Position numbers and translations under genes: made by a program. Shown here in pieces: positions 57,760 to 64,000 of a stretch of DNA of 64,000 nt. The stretch is taken from positions 1 to 64,000 of the IMG/VR virus record IMGVR_UViG_3300013093_000017. One strand, 5' to 3'. The number at the start of each line of letters is the position of its first letter. Position 1 is the stretch's first letter. The notes under the pieces were generated by a model. The model worked only from the letters and a program-made list of their open reading frames with translations, searched no databases and had not been told where the DNA came from.

Positions 57760-59781
57760 ATGAGAAAACTTTTATTGAGTCCTTGGACTGCTTTATTAAC
57801 ACTTTGTCTTATTGTTGGATTGCGAATAGTAGATCCTCCATTTGTTGAAAGCGTAAGATTACGCTACTTTGATACACTAATAACCAGCAAATCTCCCACC
57901 ACTAATAATATCTACACTGTAAACATCGATGAAGCAACCTTAGACAAGTACGGACAATGGCCATTTAAGCGTGACATCTACGCTAATCTAATTGATAGTT
58001 TATACGCTCATAATGCTGGTCTAGTTGTTTGGGATATTATGATGCCAGAAAAGGATCGTCAAGGTGGCGATGCAACACTAGCCTCGGTACTGCAAACACA
58101 ACATAATGTTATTCTTACCAACATGCCTGCACAGGCCAGCAAGAATATTCCACGTAAACCAGGCAGTGCTGTAATTGGCAGTGACTATTTAGATACTATA
58201 ATTAACTATCCAGGCATTATTGCCAACATTCCAGAATTAGAAAAGAATGCCGCAGGCGTTGGTATTGCTAACACATTCCCAGAAGTAGATGGTGTTAACC
58301 GCAGACTACCTTTGTTTGTGGCCAGTAACGGTAATTTATATCCTAGTATTCCATTAGAAGTTCTACGTGTTCTAGTAAACACAACTACATTTCAAGTTAA
58401 GCTAAATGCCAACGGTGTTGAGAAAATGCGTGTTCCTGGATTTAATCCTATTAGCACAGACAGCCTAGGCCGTATCTGGGTAGACTGGAGTCAAAAATCA
58501 CAACAGGTATCAGCAGTTAATTTACCTAAAGACTTTGGCGGTGCTGTGGTCATTGTAGGTCTAAGTGCCGCAGGTTTAGCTAATCCGGTAGCAACCAGCA
58601 TGGGACCGGTATGGCCACAAGACATGCAGGCTGCTGTTGTTGGTACATTGGCCAACAACGTACACATTGAACGTCCAGACTGGGCAGATAGTGCTGAAAT
58701 ATTAGCATTGGCTCTAGTTGGTTTGTTGTTATTGTTCTTAACACGTTGGACCTACGTGGGATTAGCAAGTGTTGTAGTATTATCAGTAGGTGGTATCGCA
58801 GGTAGTATGTACGCATTTAGTCACGGTCTATGGCTATTTGATGCTACTGCATTTACTGTGGGCATAGTATTAGTATCATTACATGCCTATGGTGTGAAGT
58901 TTATAAGTGAGTTTTTACAGAAGCAGCAAATTAAGAAACAGTTTGGCACATACCTATCACCGGCAATGGTAGAGAAATTACAGAAGAATCCAGAACTATT
59001 AACATTAGGAGGGGAATCACGTGAATTATCAATCATGTTTACAGATGTCAGGGGCTTTACGAGTATTAGCGAGCATTACGGCAAAGATGTTCAAGGACTT
59101 ACTAAAATAATGAACCGTTATATGACAGCAATGACAGCAAAGATTATCGAGAATGAAGGCACCCTAGACAAGTATATCGGCGATGCGCAAATGGCTTTTT
59201 GGAATGCCCCTCTTGATGATCCGCAACATGCTAAGAATGCCGTTCGAACAGCACTAGAAATGATGGAGAGCTTAGATGCATTTAATAAAGAAGTTACAGC
59301 AGAGGGTATCCCAGCTTTCGGAATGGGATTGGGAATTAATACAGGAGTGGTCGTCGTTGGTAATATGGGTAGCAGTCAACGTTTCGATTATACTTGTCTT
59401 GGTGATGCTGTCAACTTGGCATCTCGCTTAGAAGGACAGAGCAAGCCATGCGGTGTTAAGATGATACTAGGTCCTGATACCGCAGCACAGGTTGAAGACG
59501 AATTCCCTACAGTAGAATTAGATTGCATTGCTGTTAAAGGTAAGACAGAAGGTGTTAAGATCTACACACTATCAACCTATCAACCTGAACACTATAAATT
59601 ACATAAGAAATATTTACTGGCTTACTATAATGGCGAATGGGAAGGTGCTATATTCCTAGCTAAACAGCTAAAGAAAGACGGTCCTACAGAAATGCGTCAA
59701 TACTATTATAATATGATAGAGCGTATGGAAGAAGGTAAACCAGAAAACTGGGACGGAACATTTAGGGCAACTAGTAAGTAA
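57760..59781 (+). CDS. CHASE2-domain membrane adenylate cyclase (class III)
   Basis: CHASE2 (IDEATL..YGQWP), 3 TM helices, FTDVRGFT, DKYIGD, RFDYT.LGDAVNLASRLE. Confidence 0.92.
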   Translation: MRKLLLSPWTALLTLCLIVGLRIVDPPFVESVRLRYFDTLITSKSPTTNNIYTVNIDEATLDKYGQWPFKRDIYANLIDSLYAHNAGLVVWDIMMPEKDRQGGDATLASVLQTQHNVILTNMPAQASKNIPRKPGSAVIGSDYLDTIINYPGIIANIPELEKNAAGVGIANTFPEVDGVNRRLPLFVASNGNLYPSIPLEVLRVLVNTTTFQVKLNANGVEKMRVPGFNPISTDSLGRIWVDWSQKSQQVSAVNLPKDFGGAVVIVGLSAAGLANPVATSMGPVWPQDMQAAVVGTLANNVHIERPDWADSAEILALALVGLLLLFLTRWTYVGLASVVVLSVGGIAGSMYAFSHGLWLFDATAFTVGIVLVSLHAYGVKFISEFLQKQQIKKQFGTYLSPAMVEKLQKNPELLTLGGESRELSIMFTDVRGFTSISEHYGKDVQGLTKIMNRYMTAMTAKIIENEGTLDKYIGDAQMAFWNAPLDDPQHAKNAVRTALEMMESLDAFNKEVTAEGIPAFGMGLGINTGVVVVGNMGSSQRFDYTCLGDAVNLASRLEGQSKPCGVKMILGPDTAAQVEDEFPTVELDCIAVKGKTEGVKIYTLSTYQPEHYKLHKKYLLAYYNGEWEGAIFLAKQLKKDGPTEMRQYYYNMIERMEEGKPENWDGTFRATSK

Positions 59782-60147
59782 TTAGCTTTCGCCAGCTGCC
59801 GCAGTATTATCATCCTCAGTTGGTTTTTTTGTTCTTCTTTTCTTATGCTCAGGTTCTGCGATGTGCGCACGAGCATTAATTTCTTTTTCAGCTTCTACAC
59901 GTTCGTGTTCGATGATCTTACCACGTAGATGTAATACTGTATTAACTTTTTGATTCAAACGTATCAAATCGTTGTCTAACATACGTATGCGATCAATTAA
60001 GGCAATAAGCACAGTATTTGCGTCAGATATGACAGGTTTTACTTCTTTTGTGGCCCATTCCCATACATATTTGATGATAAATCCCATGCCCACTGCCATG
60101 ACAATTGGAAAGCCATACTTGTTAACTAAATCCACTATATCCATCAA
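59782..60147 (-). CDS. Small membrane protein
   Basis: YGFPIVMAVGMGF TM helix followed by a coiled coil. Confidence 0.65.
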   Translation of the reverse strand: MMDIVDLVNKYGFPIVMAVGMGFIIKYVWEWATKEVKPVISDANTVLIALIDRIRMLDNDLIRLNQKVNTVLHLRGKIIEHERVEAEKEINARAHIAEPEHKKRRTKKPTEDDNTAAAGES

Positions 60148-60329
60148 TTTCTCCGTCCATCTTTTAGGAATTTCAGAAGCGGGTCAAGTTTAACCAACAT
60201 ATTTTTTCCATCGACCTTTTTGATCACAAAATAGTCACCTTCTTTCCACCCTAATGCATCTATGTCAAGCTCGTGATCAAACACTAATCCGTCTTTAGAT
60301 AAATCCCAACCATAGTCTAAGTATTTCAT
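60144..60329 (-). CDS. Small hypothetical protein
   Basis: 61 aa ORF in the minus-strand operon. Confidence 0.55.
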   Translation of the reverse strand: MKYLDYGWDLSKDGLVFDHELDIDALGWKEGDYFVIKKVDGKNMLVKLDPLLKFLKDGRRN

Positions 60330-60428
60330 TTAAGAAAATATCACTGTAAAGGTAACGATCCACGACCAGGCAATTAACGCCCCTACTATCGTTAATGGTA
60401 AATTTTCAAATGTAAAGTATTCTTTCAT
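60330..60428 (-). CDS. 32 aa membrane peptide
   Basis: MKEYFTFENLPLTIVGALIAWSWIVTFTVIFS. Confidence 0.5.
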   Translation of the reverse strand: MKEYFTFENLPLTIVGALIAWSWIVTFTVIFS

Positions 60429-60429
60429 A

Positions 60430-60711
60430 TTAGTCCCTACGAGCATCCGTCTTACCGTCTGCACGAGCAATACGGTCTGTGTCTGGTTTTAAACCAAGTG
60501 CGTTACTAACGATAGTATCAATACGTATAACATCGTGGTTCATTGTCTTAACACGATTGTCTAGGGCTGTGATAATACCAGCCATGCCTTTGATACTACC
60601 CAATACACCTTGTAGTAGCAATTTTATAGTAAGATAAACAAAATAGCCGCCTGCTAGTGCAGCAGCAACTGGCATGCCTAAATCACCGATAATTTTAAAG
60701 ATTTCGTTCAT
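60430..60711 (-). CDS. Small membrane protein, similar architecture to 59782
   Basis: LGMPVAAALAGGYF TM helix, ALDNRVKTMNHDVIRID. Confidence 0.65.
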   Translation of the reverse strand: MNEIFKIIGDLGMPVAAALAGGYFVYLTIKLLLQGVLGSIKGMAGIITALDNRVKTMNHDVIRIDTIVSNALGLKPDTDRIARADGKTDARRD

Positions 60712-60776
60712 TACTTGCTCCTAGTGTACTACTATTTACTGAGCATATAATTAATCAAATGTTGGTACATAATAGA

Positions 60777-60804
60777 TTGACATACGTTAAATATCCTGTA
60801 TAAT
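60777..60804 (+). promoter_or_regulatory. sigma70 promoter
   Basis: TTGACA-N16-TATAAT with TG extension. Confidence 0.7.
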
Positions 60805-60828
60805 AATAAAATAACTCTAAGGACCATT

Positions 60829-61449
60829 ATGCAAGAAACTTCTAAAGCACTTATTCGTCGACTACAAGACGCACGTTTTGCTAATACATATTTCAAAGGT
60901 GAAGGTATTGATATCGGATGTGGACCAGACCCACTGTCAAAATACTCACAACAATTTCCATTAATGACATCGCTAAAGCCTTGGGATTTAGAGGACGGTG
61001 ACGCACAACTAATGACTAACGCAAAAGACGAATCATACGACTTTGTTCATAGTAGTCATTGTTTAGAACATCTACACGATCCATATGAAGCATTTGATAA
61101 TTGGATACGTATCTGTAAACCAGGTGGGTATATTATTACAACTATTCCAGACGAAGATCTATATGAGCAAGGTGTGTGGCCCAGCACACATAATCCAGAT
61201 CATAAAACATCGTGGACAATTTCAAAAGATAAGAGTTGGAGTCCTGTGAGTATTAACCTACTTGAATTCTTATATCAATATAAAGACAAAGTTGAAATTC
61301 TTAAAGTTGAATTGATTAATTCGGCATTTATATATAATGTACAACGCTTTGATCAAACATATCACAGCATTGCGGAGTGTGCTATTGAATTCATCGTCCG
61401 TAAACGTACAGACGACGAAATCAAACGTATGGGAAGATTACCTAAATAA
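60829..61449 (+). CDS. Class I SAM-dependent methyltransferase
   Basis: GIDIGCG, DFVHSSHCLEHL, KPGGYI. Confidence 0.85.
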   Translation: MQETSKALIRRLQDARFANTYFKGEGIDIGCGPDPLSKYSQQFPLMTSLKPWDLEDGDAQLMTNAKDESYDFVHSSHCLEHLHDPYEAFDNWIRICKPGGYIITTIPDEDLYEQGVWPSTHNPDHKTSWTISKDKSWSPVSINLLEFLYQYKDKVEILKVELINSAFIYNVQRFDQTYHSIAECAIEFIVRKRTDDEIKRMGRLPK

Positions 61450-62113
61450 CATCGTTAACATGGGACTGTAAGATATTTAATTTCCAATCATACAGCTCCC
61501 TAGATCCAACGGCTACTCCTGGCAAGTAGCCGGTTACTGCTTGTATTAGAAAATCGCCAGGTTGCCAATTTACCCTTCCGCCTACTTGATCTATCTGAGC
61601 CTTATGTGGATACCATCTTAGATCATATGAATTCATTTTGTTTTGTGAAATATATTTTGTGATAGCACGCCACTTAGGATTGTGTTCATCGTCCCACATA
61701 TGACCTTGTTCAGTATTTGAATTGTGCGGGGCTTCGAGATGTTTCATATATTCTCTACCCTCTGGACTATTCTTAATAAAGAACACATCACCGTTAATAC
61801 CGTGATCGTCTTTGGTTACAATGAAATGATAATCAGTATCTATTAAATCTTCTAATTTAATGTCAGTGTTGGTAATTAAGCAGTCACATCCAGAATACCA
61901 AAACCAATCTATATCCAGATTATCATTCATCAGTTCTGATAGATAGAATACCTTTTCAAAACTAGGATGTACTCCCGGAAGATTTAAGAAGCCGTCAGTC
62001 TTTACAAAATCTGCATAACCGTGCTTCTCAGCATATCGTACTTTAACCGGACGAGTGATATCTGCCATCTCTTGATAGTTTGGTGTGTGATGCGTTACTA
62101 ATGCTATTTTCAT
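61442..62113 (-). CDS. Glycosyltransferase (GT34/MNN10-like)
   Basis: YAEKHGY, WFWYSGCDCLITN, INGDVFFIKN, EQ, WQPGDFLI. Confidence 0.7.
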   Translation of the reverse strand: MKIALVTHHTPNYQEMADITRPVKVRYAEKHGYADFVKTDGFLNLPGVHPSFEKVFYLSELMNDNLDIDWFWYSGCDCLITNTDIKLEDLIDTDYHFIVTKDDHGINGDVFFIKNSPEGREYMKHLEAPHNSNTEQGHMWDDEHNPKWRAITKYISQNKMNSYDLRWYPHKAQIDQVGGRVNWQPGDFLIQAVTGYLPGVAVGSRELYDWKLNILQSHVNDVI

Positions 62114-62829
62114 AGTGTTTCCTTGTTGTTAAATGGTGTATTTGGGACTGTCCATCCTATACCTTTTCCGGGACATCCCCAATCTGTTAGATTAGGCCAC
62201 GCAGACCAAGCGTTAGCTGATGCTAGTCCAACCCATGCTTCTGCTTCGTGTCTATTAGTCCAACCTCGCATGTCTAATACAGTAGGACTGTTAGGTGAAG
62301 TGGGCAATGGTAGTAATGGTAACCTGCGTATGTAACTGCTGGTGGCCCACCAAACGTTACCGCAAAAATGCGGCCACGGTTCTGTTAGCCATTGTTGCCC
62401 GGCGGCATCAAAACCTTCTTCTAGTTTGCTATAGAGTAAAGACCAGCGAACAATATTCCAATACTCAATTGAATCTCTCCAGGTAAAGGCAATGTCTTGT
62501 TCAGGATGATTAACATAGTTAGAACTTTTATTGTGCAATCTTAATACTGCCCACTCTTCTGTATCCCTATCACATATCTCTTTCAATCGATGATTAGAAA
62601 AACTCTCACCTCGTGATTTAATACTGTCAGTAAAGAAGTGCCAAATTATTTTATCGGATGAATGTGCGTTCTTAAATTCTGTAAATAGTTCCGGAGTATA
62701 ATGACACATCATATGTATTTCATCTGCGGACTCCCATAACCCAGCCGCGGTCATTTTAGCAATACAATTGTTGGTTAATTCTTGCCACCCGCCTTGTGCT
62801 ACTATATGATAGGATATTCTTATTTTCAT
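62110..62829 (-). CDS. Glycosyltransferase-like protein
   Basis: LRLHNK, PHFCGNVWWATSSYIRRLP, RHEAEAWV. Confidence 0.6.
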   Translation of the reverse strand: MKIRISYHIVAQGGWQELTNNCIAKMTAAGLWESADEIHMMCHYTPELFTEFKNAHSSDKIIWHFFTDSIKSRGESFSNHRLKEICDRDTEEWAVLRLHNKSSNYVNHPEQDIAFTWRDSIEYWNIVRWSLLYSKLEEGFDAAGQQWLTEPWPHFCGNVWWATSSYIRRLPLLPLPTSPNSPTVLDMRGWTNRHEAEAWVGLASANAWSAWPNLTDWGCPGKGIGWTVPNTPFNNKETL

Positions 62830-63626
62830 AATTTATTGTATTCTTTGAATCCAGCAGCTAGTCCATCTAGTTCTATGTTTAATGAATAGAGTGTACTATG
62901 GTCGCCGGTTAATGGAACACCTAGCGATTTAGTTTCTATCTTGGGAGATATATTGTTAATATCACAGAACATAGTTACCTGCTCGGACAGCATATATTTT
63001 TCTTTATAAACTAGATTAATATCTCTACTATCTGGTCTATTGTCTATGACAAATTTAACTACCTTGAGCACATCGTTTAGATTAAAGTAATCGAAACATT
63101 TATCTTCGTTGATTACGAAATTAGTAGATGTGTATAATTTTCTAAAGAATCTAAATTCTTTTTCAGTGTAGTGAAAATTGCCAAACAATCTTAATGTGTA
63201 GAAATTATCAGTATCAGCACATACCCTTGCCATAATATTCTTAGCATAGCCATAGCTGTTTCTTGGCAAGGTATTTCTAACATCAGCTAGTGTAGCATTT
63301 ACATTATCAACTGCTAGATCTAATTCATAAGCTGATCCAAATTGTATCAGTTGAGTGTATCTATGTCTATTGTAGTATATATTGCGCCACATTAATAGAC
63401 TGTCAATAAGATATTGAGGATCAGAGGAGAATAAGTTTTCTCTTCCTGTCAACGCTGTATGTATTACAATGTCTATACTATGCTGTTGGAAGAACGTATC
63501 AACTGATTGTTTATCCAAGCAATCTAATTCTTTTCGAGTAGGAGCATAGATAGTATGTTGATCTTTTAGATATGCTGTTAAATGCCCTGCAAGAAATCCA
63601 GAGCCGCCTGTTATCAATATGTTCAT
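62826..63626 (-). CDS. NAD-dependent epimerase/dehydratase
   Basis: ILITGGSGFLA, YGYAK (YxxxK). Confidence 0.88.
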   Translation of the reverse strand: MNILITGGSGFLAGHLTAYLKDQHTIYAPTRKELDCLDKQSVDTFFQQHSIDIVIHTALTGRENLFSSDPQYLIDSLLMWRNIYYNRHRYTQLIQFGSAYELDLAVDNVNATLADVRNTLPRNSYGYAKNIMARVCADTDNFYTLRLFGNFHYTEKEFRFFRKLYTSTNFVINEDKCFDYFNLNDVLKVVKFVIDNRPDSRDINLVYKEKYMLSEQVTMFCDINNISPKIETKSLGVPLTGDHSTLYSLNIELDGLAAGFKEYNKL

Positions 63627-64000
63627 AGTTGAGAGATCAGTGGTTGATTCTTATCCTTGTCGCTGATGATCGGTTCGGCGCCATTTAACGGCCAAGGAAT
63701 ATTTACTTCAGGATCGGCCCAATGTATTCCGGAATCTAGATCCGCTGAATGATACTGATCAACTTTATATCCTAGTATTACATTATCTGTTAGTGTAAGA
63801 TACCCGTGATAACAGCCTGGTGGTACTAGAATCAAATAGGGCATGTCACCTGATAGTGTTACCGATATGTGTTTCTTGTAAGTAGGCGAATCTTTCCGAG
63901 CATCGACAATTACATCAAATATATCACCTTGCAGTACAATTATCAATTTATATTGTGCTGCTTCTTCTTTAAGGGCATGCATGCCTCTTAATGTATATTT
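63623..64000 (-). CDS. rmlC: dTDP-4-dehydrorhamnose 3,5-epimerase (5'-partial)
   Basis: LRGMH, DVIVDARKDSPTY, PPGCYHGY, WADPEVNIPWP...SDKD. Confidence 0.92.
   Translation of the reverse strand, partial: KYTLRGMHALKEEAAQYKLIIVLQGDIFDVIVDARKDSPTYKKHISVTLSGDMPYLILVPPGCYHGYLTLTDNVILGYKVDQYHSADLDSGIHWADPEVNIPWPLNGAEPIISDKDKNQPLISQL

Overview
This 64 kb window is part of a large AT-rich lytic dsDNA phage genome (T4-like or jumbo myovirus style) that uses genetic code 11. Evidence: dense co-oriented ORFs, near-consensus sigma70 promoters (TTGACA-N17-TATAAT) alternating with T4-late-like (N)TAAATA motifs, three homing endonucleases, nrdA/nrdB/glutaredoxin, groEL/groES, clpX, clpS, hsp20, rpsU, a two-piece tmRNA and two atypical tRNAs. 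Accessory content includes csgF/csgG/curlin-like/FecR genes, a CHASE2 adenylate cyclase, heme oxygenase plus a bilin reductase, a PlcP/Agt-like lipid-remodelling pair behind Pho-box-like repeats, ahpC, an R-M-like island and many glycosylation genes. The most striking observations are: (1) three paralogous small proteins with (Asn-Cys)n tails next to a 2OG-Fe oxygenase and a radical SAM/SPASM enzyme, a RiPP-like modification system; (2) two tandem 23-aa PqqA precursor genes missed by the ORF track, pointing by inference to a methylotroph (Methylophilaceae-like) host; (3) a tRNA whose canonical register gives a CUA (amber) anticodon, 1.7 kb from a gene with an in-frame TAG at codon 3; (4) an array of about 9 small paralogues whose shared C-terminal motif doubles as the next gene's ribosome-binding site. 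All family assignments come from motif recognition by eye; no searches were run.
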